Assembly: GCA_963843375.1 (NCBI GenBank)
Contig: CAWJKT010000017.1
Location: 1-23,717, forward strand
Source: an uncultured Pseudomonadota bacterium
GTDB lineage: Bacteria > Oederibacteriota > Muellerivitia > Muellerivitales > Muellerivitaceae
Direction: 5' to 3'
DNA: 23,717 nucleotides
Shown: positions 1 through 9,454 of the stretch, in pieces
Position numbering within the stretch: position 1 is the first letter of the stretch
How the letters are laid out: each line of letters begins with the position of its first letter
Program-made: the position numbers and the translations under genes
The notes under the pieces: generated by a model
Told to the model about the DNA's origin: nothing
The model's database searches: none
The model's input: only the letters and a program-made list of their open reading frames with translations

Positions 1-524
1 CCTGAGAAAAAGGGGAGGAGGCCTATCGGAACGGGCATGGCATAACTCACCATCAAAGTTGCGACTTGTTGTAAAGTTTGTTGGTAATTAAGGGCATATG
101 ATGGAAGGGTAAAGTTTCCGTTCGCTCGGTCATTGAAAAATTGAAGGGCGCCTTGGGAAGCCAAGTAATTCAATTGCTGATCCCATAAAACTCCTCCGCT
201 AAAAGTAAGGTATTTCACTCCGAAAATCCCCTGGTATTCCTGAAAACGCTGGATCGGATCCACAGAATCCCCTAAAGCTTCCTCAGGAGTGAAATGGACG
301 ATCGGGAGACCCGTGTTACTGGTGTCAAAAGCGGAAAAGCCGGAGGCGACTGTCCAGGCCGATATATCGGGCAAAGCGAGCTGGGAAGGATTCCAGACCA
401 TTCCGAAAATTCCCATGGGAGCCGCCGCCGCCGCTCCACCGATGGCAAAACTATGAGCGTCTTGAGCTAGTAAGCGTGCCGGAAGCAGTAAAAAGAGGAG
501 GGGAAGTAAGCGCCACCGGTTCAT
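1..524 (-). CDS. Secreted, probable outer-membrane beta-barrel protein, PorV/FadL/TraF-like (partial; runs off left edge)
   Basis: Not in the ORF track. Hand translation from ATG at 524 (AAAGGA RBS-like sequence upstream) stays open to the window edge: MNRWRLLPLLFLLLPARLLA|QDAHSFAIGGAAAAAPMGIFGMVWNPSQLALP. It has a signal peptide, then a match to the 'ARxxAMGGA...xxWNPAxLA' N-terminal motif of PorV/FadL/TraF_2-type barrels. Confidence 0.7.
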   Translation of the reverse strand, partial: MNRWRLLPLLFLLLPARLLAQDAHSFAIGGAAAAAPMGIFGMVWNPSQLALPDISAWTVASGFSAFDTSNTGLPIVHFTPEEALGDSVDPIQRFQEYQGIFGVKYLTFSGGVLWDQQLNYLASQGALQFFNDRANGNFTLPSYALNYQQTLQQVATLMVSYAMPVPIGLLPFFS

Positions 525-723
525 GTCTCTTGTCCTTTGCTTAAAACCTTCAACAGGAAATGGAGGAATGGTTTGGCACATATCCCGGCATAACTTTGCG
601 GGCGGTGTTCGAAACCTCTGGGGTTATCTTAACCTTGGGTTCGTCTTAAAATCAAAATAAATTGAAATTCCAAGGGTTTGTTTGAGCTTTTGAAAGACTC
701 TTTCGCTTGTTACAATCAAGCAC

Positions 724-1617
724 GTGCCACTAAAGAAAAATCTCTCCCATTCGACAGCTTTTTTCCCACCTTCTCGATCTAATATTCTCTGGGGACTCGT
801 GGCTATTCTCACCTGGGCAGGGGAACAAATATATCATTTCCAATTAGGTATGCCTTTTTCTGTTTTGGTTTTTGGTAAGGGGCTTTTATTATTATTAGAA
901 GCCGCAGTTATTTATCACCTTTCTACTCATTTTTCCCTGAAAGGGTTTGGGTTTTTGGGCCTGTTCCCCCTTCTTTGGCTTTCGGTTTCTGAATTTCAAT
1001 GGCAATTATGTTCCCTTCAAGAATACCGATATTGGCTATGGTTGGCGCTTTTTCTAGCCTCCGAAATTATAATCCTGACGGTTTGGGATGGCCGAATACT
1101 GTTGGGAGGATTGATTTTTTTTTGGACGATTCTGATTTGGCTCTTTAAATTTTCCTTTTTGCTGCCTCTGACATTTATCACCGCCCCGGTTAATCGGTTT
1201 AAAAACGTAAAATGGGTCCGGATAGGCGGGGTTTTGGCGGCCTTGGCTTTATACCTTTTATTCAAAGGTCATTATTACTTCCAATTGACTTGGATTGATC
1301 TCTACGAACTTTTGTTTGAACAGCGTTTTTTCCCCTTTTTCCTACTGGGGTGGCTAGGTTTTGCGGCGTTTGAAGGAGAAAAGGAAGGGCCCTATCGGCA
1401 TGTGGTGTTTCCTCTATTCTTAATAATGGCGGGTTTTTTATGTTGGTCGGGATTGAACCTAACTGCCGTCCTTGAGTTTGAAATCCTCAAATGGGTCCTG
1501 GTTTTTATGGCTGGTTTTGGTTTTGAGGCTTTTCGGGAATACCTAATAAATCCTGGTTGGATGGGCCGAGCTGTTTGGTTGGCACTGGGATTAGCGTTTT
1601 TTGCCGTAGTAGTTTAA
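724..1617 (+). CDS. Hypothetical polytopic membrane protein
   Basis: 297-aa ORF with a GTG start and many hydrophobic, aromatic-rich segments; no family recognised; followed by a hairpin. Confidence 0.65.
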   Translation: MPLKKNLSHSTAFFPPSRSNILWGLVAILTWAGEQIYHFQLGMPFSVLVFGKGLLLLLEAAVIYHLSTHFSLKGFGFLGLFPLLWLSVSEFQWQLCSLQEYRYWLWLALFLASEIIILTVWDGRILLGGLIFFWTILIWLFKFSFLLPLTFITAPVNRFKNVKWVRIGGVLAALALYLLFKGHYYFQLTWIDLYELLFEQRFFPFFLLGWLGFAAFEGEKEGPYRHVVFPLFLIMAGFLCWSGLNLTAVLEFEILKWVLVFMAGFGFEAFREYLINPGWMGRAVWLALGLAFFAVVV

Positions 1618-1626
1618 GAATTCGAT

Positions 1627-1657
1627 GGGTTTAACAAGATTTTAAACCCCCGTTTTT
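1627..1657 (+). terminator. Putative intrinsic terminator
   Basis: GGGTTTAA (1627-1634) / TTAAACCC (1642-1649) inverted repeat followed by CCGTTTTT, just after the stop at 1617. Confidence 0.45.
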
Positions 1658-1827
1658 CTCGAGTTCTATGATCTTTAGCCCTTTTAGGAAGCCTTTACTT
1701 GTGGTAAAAAACTTGCGGGAAATTTGAGCCGACCGCTCTCTTCTTGCTTTTCGACGCTATCGAGATAAAGATGAACCCGAGAACCCTCGGAATATTTTTA
1801 TGACAGATATCTTTTTGGAGGCTTTGG

Positions 1828-2901
1828 ATGAAATCTTTTTTCATGTTTTTGGCCGCTTTAGGAACCCCTTTATTTGTTTTTGCTCAAGGCGTTCCCACGC
1901 CTGTTGTGAACGCAACCGATGCTCCCAAGGTTACCTGTGCTCATCCAAACTTTGATTTCAAAAACGTGGATGAAGGCCCTGATATCGTACATGAATTCCA
2001 TTGCCGCAATCGGGGGACGGGTAAATTGGTCGTCACAAATGTTTCAACTTCCTGTGGTTGCACCGCGGCCGTTGTCAAGAAGCTCGGGGCTAAACCTGGA
2101 TCTGATGATAAGGCCTCATACCCTGTAACGGTTTTGCCGGGAACGGCATTCGTCGTCAAGGCCACCTACCATACTTCGGGCCGCCCGGGTCACGCGACCA
2201 AAATCATCACTGTTACCAGCAATGACCCGGTCAATCCTGCTTTTCAAATGAAGCTGGATATGACAGTCGTCCGGGAGATAGATCTTCATCCTGACCGTCT
2301 TTACCTCTATGGGTTGAAACATGGTGAACCACATAGCTCTTCCATTACGGTTTTGGGAAAACCCGGCATGCCTTTGAATATCCTCTCCGCGCAGAGTTCC
2401 AACGGGGTGGTAACGGTCAGTAGCGTTACTCCTTATAAGGACGACAATAAAGACCCGACTCAAATTCGAAGCGGCGCCATCATCCAAGTTGATGTGTCGG
2501 CCGCCCAAACAATCGGAAACTTTACCGACAGTATCGATATCAAAACGGACAGCGCGAAAAAACCAGATGTAACGGCTCCGGTCTTGGGCGAGGTTACCGG
2601 TAAAGTGCAATTTAATCCGAAAAGTCTTTACTTCGCTCCCCAGCAAAGCAACCCGATTACTATTACTTTTACCGCAGATCAACCTCAAAGCTTCGCCATT
2701 CGCCGGGTGGAATCCACCAAGCATTTGGTTCGGCCCTATATTTATAAAACCATTAGTTCTTCGGGTTTCGACCAATATTCCCTGGTGGTAACTGTGAATA
2801 AAAACATTCCAAAGGAAAGCGATGGAAAAGACCAGGTGATTGTTTATACAAACGACGACGAACAACCACAGATTCCAATTGATGTGCAGGCGAACAAGTA
2901 G
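1828..2901 (+). CDS. Secreted DUF1573-domain (Ig-like repeat) protein
   Basis: GGAGG RBS and signal peptide (..LFVFA|Q). The pattern 'FDFKNV..G..IVHEFHCRNRGTGKLVVTNVSTSCGCT...KIITVTSNDP' is typical of DUF1573 and is followed by further beta-rich domains. Confidence 0.8.
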   Translation: MKSFFMFLAALGTPLFVFAQGVPTPVVNATDAPKVTCAHPNFDFKNVDEGPDIVHEFHCRNRGTGKLVVTNVSTSCGCTAAVVKKLGAKPGSDDKASYPVTVLPGTAFVVKATYHTSGRPGHATKIITVTSNDPVNPAFQMKLDMTVVREIDLHPDRLYLYGLKHGEPHSSSITVLGKPGMPLNILSAQSSNGVVTVSSVTPYKDDNKDPTQIRSGAIIQVDVSAAQTIGNFTDSIDIKTDSAKKPDVTAPVLGEVTGKVQFNPKSLYFAPQQSNPITITFTADQPQSFAIRRVESTKHLVRPYIYKTISSSGFDQYSLVVTVNKNIPKESDGKDQVIVYTNDDEQPQIPIDVQANK

Positions 2902-2963
2902 GAAAAGGTCTTGAAAAACTGGTGAGAATTTATAATTTTTATGTCGGCTAAGGGAAGGTTTTT

Positions 2964-4085
2964 ATGGCAACACAAGCGGATTCGGGTTTAGAAGACATTG
3001 TCGCAACCAGCACTTCGGTTTGCTCCATTGAGAATGGAGTTTTGGCTTATCGTGGGTATAACATCGATGAATTGGCTGAAAAAGCTACATTCGGCGAGGT
3101 CACTCATCTTTTGTTTTACGGCCATTTGCCAACGAAAAACCAGCTGGAAAAATTGGAAAATGAAATCGCCATTGGGGGTAAAATCCCCGGTGCCCACCTA
3201 GAACTCGTCAAACAATTTCCTTTAAGTGTTCCGCCCATGGATTGGCTGCGTACCGCGGTGTCAGCACTCTCTTTTTATGATCCTGATTATAAGGATAACA
3301 GCGCGGAAGCTAACTTGCGAAAAGCCATTCGATTGACTGGCCAAATTCCCAGCTTGGTGGCGGCCTTTGATCGCCTGCGAAACAAAAAAGGTATTCTGGA
3401 ACCCAAAGCAGGTAAGAGCCAGGCTTGGAATTTCCTGCATATGTTGACTGGCCAGGAGCCGGATGAGGCTTCGGTGAAGGCCTTTGACGTTTGCCTTATC
3501 CTCCACGCTGACCATGAATTAAACGCCTCTACCTTTTCCGCACGCGTGACGGCGGCTACCTTGAGCGATATCCACTCTGCGGTTACTTCGGCGATCGGAA
3601 CGTTAAAAGGGTCTCTGCATGGGGGTGCCAACGAACAGGTGATGCTGATGCTTCAAAAGGTGGGGGATGCCAGCAAGGTGGAAGCTTGGATCCATGACGC
3701 CCTGGTCCGCAAGGAGCGTATTATGGGTTTCGGCCACAGGGTTTATAAGAACGGCGATCCCCGGGCCAAGCATCTCATGAAACTCTCCGAATTCTTGGGA
3801 AAATTGAAAGGCGAGACCAAATGGTACGAAATGTCCCGGGTGATTGATGGCGTGGTTCAGAAAGAAAAAAAACTCTTACCCAACGTGGACTTCTATTCCG
3901 CCTCCACTTATCACTACCTTGGGATTCCCACGGATCTCTTTACCCCAATCTTTGCTTGCAGCCGGGTGACGGGTTGGACAGCTCATGTCATGGAACAATT
4001 GGCCCACAACCGCCTGATCCGCCCCCGCGCTGAATATCTGGGCGCTCGCGACCAGCATTACGTGCCTATCGATAAACGATCCTAG
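2964..4085 (+). CDS. gltA: Citrate synthase (short type, CitZ/PrpC-like)
   Basis: Motifs LAYRGY, LHADHELNASTF, LKGSLHGGANE, IMGFGHRVYKNGDPRA, PNVDFYS and RLIRPRAEY. 2-methylcitrate synthase specificity cannot be excluded. Confidence 0.93.
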   Translation: MATQADSGLEDIVATSTSVCSIENGVLAYRGYNIDELAEKATFGEVTHLLFYGHLPTKNQLEKLENEIAIGGKIPGAHLELVKQFPLSVPPMDWLRTAVSALSFYDPDYKDNSAEANLRKAIRLTGQIPSLVAAFDRLRNKKGILEPKAGKSQAWNFLHMLTGQEPDEASVKAFDVCLILHADHELNASTFSARVTAATLSDIHSAVTSAIGTLKGSLHGGANEQVMLMLQKVGDASKVEAWIHDALVRKERIMGFGHRVYKNGDPRAKHLMKLSEFLGKLKGETKWYEMSRVIDGVVQKEKKLLPNVDFYSASTYHYLGIPTDLFTPIFACSRVTGWTAHVMEQLAHNRLIRPRAEYLGARDQHYVPIDKRS

Positions 4086-4152
4086 ACGGAAAATCCCCGG
4101 TTTTTGTGGAGGAGGTTTCCCCTTTACTTCGTTAAAATAGCTCCGCTCAAAG

Positions 4153-4184
4153 AGCCCGGACCCTCATCGGGGCCTTTTTCATTT
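4153..4184 (+). terminator. Possible intrinsic terminator after citrate synthase
   Basis: Imperfect GCCCGGA...TCGGGGC stem followed by CTTTTTCATTTT. Confidence 0.35.
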
Positions 4185-4197
4185 TCAAGGAAGGTTT

Positions 4198-5991
4198 ATG
4201 CCTGCCCCGACTGACTTTAAAAACTCCCTCAAACTATACCTGCGACTTTTCGCCTATTTAAAAAATTATCGCATAAGAGTGATTTTGACTTTTGTTTGCA
4301 TGGTACTTTCCGCAGCCTCCACGGATTATGTCATGTACCAATTTAAACCATTGGTCAATGGTGCTTTCCTCCATTCGGAAGACCCGCAGGGGGTTTTCCA
4401 TCGTTTGGTTTATTTTACGGTTCCTCTGACCTTCTTGGCGGCCATCGTGCGAGCGTTGAGCACTTACGGCCAAGATTACCTCAATCGCTACCTGGGACAG
4501 CGGGTGGTTCAGCGTCTGCGAAATGACCTTTATTCGCATTTTTTGACTCTTCCGATGAGCTATTTCAATACCCAACGGACCGGAAGCCTGGCTTCCCGGA
4601 TCACCAATGATGTACAGATCCTCCAAGATTCCATGATTAGCGCAGTAGGGCAGGGGACTTATTCCGGTTTAATGGTTTTGGCCTTGGCGGGCCTTCTTGT
4701 CTTTTTGGACTGGCAGATGGCATTTATGGCCATGGTGGTTTTTCCCGTCGCCCTCTATCCCATTTTTCAGTATGGCCGAAAATCCGTCAGGCCTCCGGAG
4801 AGGGGCAGGGCATTCTATCGGACTTGAACGCCCAAATTCACGAAACATTGGCGGGAATAAGGGTGGTCAAAGCTTTTGGAATGGAACATTTTGAGAAGCG
4901 AAAATTTCAGGAAACCAATGACAAATTCTTTGGGGTAACGATGCGGGCCAACCGGGCCTATGCCTCATCTTCGCCTATTGTTGAAACCATCGGAACGGTG
5001 GCGCTGCTTTTTTTGATCATTTGGATGGCACACCGGTCTCTCTTTCAAAATAACCTTACGGTGGGAGATTTTGTGGCTTTCATTGCGCTTACCGCGACAT
5101 TGTATCCTTATCTAAAAATCTTCAATGGCCTTTGGGGGAACCTCCAACAAGCCTTAGCTTCGGCCGACCGTTGCTTTGATATTTTGGATACGGTCGATAA
5201 TCTAAAGGATTCTAAAGATGCCGTAGAAGTTGAACCCTTAAAAAAAGCCATCGAATTCAAGAACGTTAGTTTCGAGTATGTTCCGGGTCACCGTATTTTG
5301 CGCGAGGTGTCCTTCAAGATAGAGAAGGGCGAAGTGGTGGCGCTGGTAGGCCCCTCGGGAGGTGGCAAATCCACCTTGGCCGACTTGGTACCCCGCTTTT
5401 ACCAACCCAATTCGGGGCAAATACTTTGGGATGGTCAGGATATTTCCCAAATCAAAATCTCCTCCCTGCGTTCCCATATCGGAATCGTGACCCAGGAAAC
5501 CATCCTTTTCCACGATTCCATCTTGAAAAATATCGCATACGGAAGGCCCGGGGCCACTTTTTGGGATGTTCAGGAGGCGGCCAAAGCCGCTTACGCCAAA
5601 GCAGTTCATCGACAACACGCCTAATGGCTTCAATACCCTGATTGGGGAGAGGGGCATCAAACTTTCCGGCGGCCAACGGCAAAGGTTGGCCATTGCCCGG
5701 GCGATCCTCAAAAATCCCCCCGTCCTGATACTGGATGAGGCTACTTCCGCCTTGGATACCGAAAGCGAAGTTTTGGTCCAGAAGGCCCTCAATGAACTCA
5801 TGGGCCACCGCACCACCCTTGTAATCGCCCACCGCCTTTCAACTGTTCGCAAGGCGGACCGAATCCTGGTTGTCGACAAGGGAAGAATCGTGGAACAGGG
5901 CAAACATAGTGTTCTTTTGAACAAACGGGGCCTGTATGCAAGGTTGTATAAAATGCAGTTCCGTTCATCCACTGTTTCCAAAGAAGAGTAA
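4198..5991 (+). CDS. msbA: Lipid A-core flippase MsbA-type ABC transporter (one gene, two apparent frameshifts)
   Basis: ORFs 4198-4827, 4824-5624 and 5566-5991 join into a TMD+NBD protein with Walker [10 protein letters not shown], signature LSGGQRQR and Walker [11 protein letters not shown]. Adding one A at ~4780 gives [22 protein letters not shown]. Removing one A at ~5599 gives [17 protein letters not shown]. The LPS-gene context fits. Confidence 0.85.
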
Positions 5992-6090
5992 AATCATTTA
6001 GCTTTAAATCGACGCAATTGCACCCTGATAAAAATCTTAGTCTAAACGGCGATAATTAGCGGAGATTTGCGACAAAGGACTTTGGGCTTT

Positions 6091-6684
6091 ATGAGAAAAA
6101 AGAAGTCGCCGCGCCCGGCGGTATTCCTGGATAGGGATGGAACAATCATCGCCGACGCGAAGTATTTAAGCCAACCCTCCCAGATCAAGCTTTTTTCCAA
6201 GACTTCCGAAGCCCTCAAGCTGTTGAGAAAAGCGGGTTATTATCTCTTTGTGGTTTCGAACCAATCAGGTGTGGCCCGGGGTTATTTTTCCGAGGGCATG
6301 GTTCGAAAGGTCCATCAAAGGCTCCAACAAATGCTGAAAGCCAAGGACGCCCTGATTGACGCCTTTTTTTATTGCCCCCATCACCCGGAGGGAAAGGTCA
6401 AGGCCTATAGTAAGGTTTGCGCTTGCCGCAAGCCCGGAATCGGCATGATCGAACAAGCGGCCCGAATCTACCCTATTGATCTGAAGCGAAGCTATATCAT
6501 CGGGGATAAAATGGATGATCTTTTCTTGGCCCGGAAAGCTAAATTGGCAGGGGCATTATTGGTTTTGACGGGTAATGGCCGGAAGAGTGAAAAAAAACTG
6601 AAGGTCTCTCCTCTTTCCAAAAGTTTTGTAGTTTCCGATATTTTAAGTGCGGCGAAATGGATTTTGACTCAACAATCATTTTGA
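6091..6684 (+). CDS. gmhB: D-glycero-D-manno-heptose 1,7-bisphosphate phosphatase (HAD IIIA)
   Basis: Motifs FLDRDGTI, VVSNQSGVARG, CPHHP..CACRKPG and IGDK..D. ATG 6091 is preferred over TTG 6067. Confidence 0.9.
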   Translation: MRKKKSPRPAVFLDRDGTIIADAKYLSQPSQIKLFSKTSEALKLLRKAGYYLFVVSNQSGVARGYFSEGMVRKVHQRLQQMLKAKDALIDAFFYCPHHPEGKVKAYSKVCACRKPGIGMIEQAARIYPIDLKRSYIIGDKMDDLFLARKAKLAGALLVLTGNGRKSEKKLKVSPLSKSFVVSDILSAAKWILTQQSF

Positions 6685-6693
6685 AAGGTTTGT

Positions 6694-7173
6694 ATGGCTG
6701 AAGTGGTTTTAAATCCAAATGAACTTTCCGAGAAACTCGGGGCCTTAAAGGCGCAAGGCAAGAAAATCGTTATGGCCGACGGATGCTTTGACCTTTTACA
6801 TGTTGGCCATGTGCGTTATTTGCGTGCTGCCAAGGGGTTGGGGGATGTGTTGGTTTTAGCAATAAATTCCGATGAATCGGTCAAAAGGATTAAGGGTTCG
6901 GGCAGGCCATTTTTGCCATTGGAGGACCGTTTGGGAATTTTGGCCCTATTTGAGATGGTCGATTTTGTGACTTCATTTAAGGAAAACAGTGTGGATTCCC
7001 TGCTCGGCTTGTTGCAACCTCGCGTTTATGCCAATCGTTTTGGAAATTCCATTAAAGCTGAATCTTCTTTTGGCGGTCAAGTAGTTACGATTAAAGAGGG
7101 AGCTGACCATTCGGTGGACAAACTTATTCAAGAAATCCTCGGCAAATACGGGCCCTTGTCCCCGAAATTATGA
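6694..7173 (+). CDS. RfaE domain II/HldC-like cytidylyltransferase-family protein (divergent copy)
   Basis: Motifs GCFDLLHVGH and AINSDESVKRIKG.GRP are present, but the usual KGGDY-type motif is missing. Confidence 0.8.
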   Translation: MAEVVLNPNELSEKLGALKAQGKKIVMADGCFDLLHVGHVRYLRAAKGLGDVLVLAINSDESVKRIKGSGRPFLPLEDRLGILALFEMVDFVTSFKENSVDSLLGLLQPRVYANRFGNSIKAESSFGGQVVTIKEGADHSVDKLIQEILGKYGPLSPKL

Positions 7174-8219
7174 ACGAAACCGTCCCTAAACATATTCTTG
7201 TGGCGCGAACTGATAAAGTCGGAGATCTTCTTTTATCCTTGCCGGTTTTTCAAACTCTTCGGGAAGCCTTTCCTGAGGCGCGGCTCACGGCCTTGGTCAG
7301 TTCCTATGCCAAGGAGATTGTCCAAAACCACCCGGCGGTGGATAACGTGGAAATATTGGAACCGGGAGAGAGTCTTTTTAAGTTGGCGACCCGGTTTAAA
7401 ACCCTGGCTCCGGATATTTTCATTTCCCTTTATCCGAGGCCTAACCAGGTGATCGCAGCCTGGATGGCGGGAATCCCTATTCGAATCGGAACCGCCTATA
7501 GATGGTATGGATTTTTTCTAAATCAGAGAGTGAAGGTCCACCGGTCGGTTTGCGACCGACATGAGGTGGAATACAACCTGGACATGGTGCGCCCTCTGGG
7601 AGTAGTCCCTGCCATGGAAAAAATCGAATTTCCCCTTTCTGACAACGAAAGATCTTTTGCCAAGGACCTCCTCAAGGAAAAGGGTATAGACTACGGGACG
7701 CCTTATGTGGTGATCCACCCCGGCCACAAAGGCTCGGCTCTCAATTGGAAACCAGAACGTTACGGCCAAGCCATATCTCAACTTTCTTATCGGGGAAGAA
7801 AAGTCGTGATCACGGGCGGCCCCGATGAAACCCCGCTCATTTCCCAGGTTATGACCCATGTCCGGGGACTGGGAAAGGATCAAAAGCCGGTATTGTTAAT
7901 TGGCGAATGCACTCTGCGCCAATTGGCCGCGGTTTATGAGGGCGCGGATTGCTTTCTTTCGGGTTCCACTGGCACCATGCACTTGGCGGCAGCTGTTGGA
8001 ACCCCCACGGTGGCCTTGTTTTGTCCCATCCCCGCAACCACGCCCGTGCGCTGGGGCCCATGGGGAAACAAGTCCACTGTGCTTATGCCTCGAAATTTGC
8101 AATGTCCTGATTGCCAATTGGGACATTGCGTTCTTCATGACCCCATGGATGCCATCAAGGTTGAAGAAGTTTTAGAGGCCTTGGAGAAGTACATCAAAAG
8201 AACAACGAAAAAAAAGTGA
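7170..8219 (+). CDS. Glycosyltransferase family 9 (LPS heptosyltransferase-like)
   Basis: Motifs ILVARTDKVGDLLLSLP, HEVEYNL, IHPG...NW and STGTMHLAAAVGTPTVALF; start overlaps the upstream stop (ATGA). Confidence 0.9.
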   Translation: MNETVPKHILVARTDKVGDLLLSLPVFQTLREAFPEARLTALVSSYAKEIVQNHPAVDNVEILEPGESLFKLATRFKTLAPDIFISLYPRPNQVIAAWMAGIPIRIGTAYRWYGFFLNQRVKVHRSVCDRHEVEYNLDMVRPLGVVPAMEKIEFPLSDNERSFAKDLLKEKGIDYGTPYVVIHPGHKGSALNWKPERYGQAISQLSYRGRKVVITGGPDETPLISQVMTHVRGLGKDQKPVLLIGECTLRQLAAVYEGADCFLSGSTGTMHLAAAVGTPTVALFCPIPATTPVRWGPWGNKSTVLMPRNLQCPDCQLGHCVLHDPMDAIKVEEVLEALEKYIKRTTKKK

Positions 8220-9454
8220 GCCATCCAGACATTGAAACTTCAAGAAAGGCGAAAATTAAATTTTTTTTAGTGTTTTTGTTTTTCTGTTTTCCTTTCCTCG
8301 AAAGTTGTTCCTTGTTGTTTGTGGCCAAAGGTAAAACCAGCACCGCCTCAACTCAACCAGTCGCGGTCCCTTGGGCAAATTCCCAAGAAAAACAAATGGA
8401 TCAAATGGTGGTTCTTCACTACAAAGTGCAGACGGGCGATACTTTGGATTTCATTGCCGAGGCTTATTACGGTGAGGTTTCCGACAAGAAGAAACTTGCT
8501 CGGCAAAATCATTTAAATCCCCATAAACCCCTTCAATTAGGTAAGGAGTTGAGGATCATCAACCCTGTCAATTTTCCCAATAAGGGTGAACTGGACCAAA
8601 AGCGGCAAGCTTATCTCCTGAAAGCAACCAATGGCACTGTTCTCGTCGCTGGCATTAAACCTTCCCAGGCCTTTTCAGAAGAAGCTACAAACGAAGACGA
8701 GATGGATGTGGAAAAGATTCCCAGGCCCAGGGTCAACAAGGCTTTTGCGGCGGGAGAAAAACTTACCTATGAAGTTCGGGCCATTGGGGTTCTCGGAGGA
8801 TACGCGACTCTATCCGTAGAGGATTACGTGAAAGTGGGCAACCGGCCTTGCTATACCCTGGTGGCAAGGGCGAAATCCGCCTTTCCTTTTAGCACTTTTT
8901 ATCCCGTGAACGACGTGCAAACAAGTTATTTTGACTCCGTGGATTACCTTACATGGAAATTTCAAAATGACGTTCATGAGGGAAATTACACCGCCCGCAA
9001 CCGGGAATCTTATGACCAGATCAACCATGGAATGGTTCACCAGCACAACCAGGACGCGGTCGAAAAAGTGGATATCCCGCCTTTTACCCAGGACATCATC
9101 TCTTGTTTTTATTATTTTCGTCTTTTGCCCCTAGAGGTAGGAAGGAAATATCTGATTCCGACATCTTCGGCGGGGAAGAATTACAAGCTGATCATAAAGG
9201 TCGTAGGGCGGGAAAGGATCAAGAGCCCAGCAGGAACCTTCAATTGTCTTCATGCCAAGCCTTTTGTGAAATACGGGACGGTTTTTAGGAACAAGGAAGA
9301 TATAGATCTTTGGATTACCGACGATGACCGGCATATTCCGGTATTGATTAAAAGCGCAATTGTGATCGGCAATATCGAGGTTTCCCTGTTGGATGCCGTC
9401 GTTCCGGACTTTAACGGGGATGGTGGCAGGCTGACTTCGAGGATTTCACCCTGA
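8216..9454 (+). CDS. LysM + DUF3108 domain protein, possible lipoprotein
   Basis: Hydrophobic N-terminus with an LESC lipobox-like site. LysM-like segment HYKVQTGDTLDFIAEAYYG...LQLGKELRI. DUF3108-like segment GEKLTY...PAGTFNC...LWITDDDRHIPV. Confidence 0.78.
   Translation: MSHPDIETSRKAKIKFFLVFLFFCFPFLESCSLLFVAKGKTSTASTQPVAVPWANSQEKQMDQMVVLHYKVQTGDTLDFIAEAYYGEVSDKKKLARQNHLNPHKPLQLGKELRIINPVNFPNKGELDQKRQAYLLKATNGTVLVAGIKPSQAFSEEATNEDEMDVEKIPRPRVNKAFAAGEKLTYEVRAIGVLGGYATLSVEDYVKVGNRPCYTLVARAKSAFPFSTFYPVNDVQTSYFDSVDYLTWKFQNDVHEGNYTARNRESYDQINHGMVHQHNQDAVEKVDIPPFTQDIISCFYYFRLLPLEVGRKYLIPTSSAGKNYKLIIKVVGRERIKSPAGTFNCLHAKPFVKYGTVFRNKEDIDLWITDDDRHIPVLIKSAIVIGNIEVSLLDAVVPDFNGDGGRLTSRISP

Noticed and set aside
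2911..2936. TTGAAA...TATAAT promoter before citrate synthase
   Set aside because: The spacer is only 14 nt; the -10 box may be real but the pair is not supportable.
4770..5610. Programmed frameshifting or phase variation in msbA and other split genes
   Set aside because: The runs are short, shifts occur in both directions across many unrelated genes, and some compensate each other; sequencing error is simpler.
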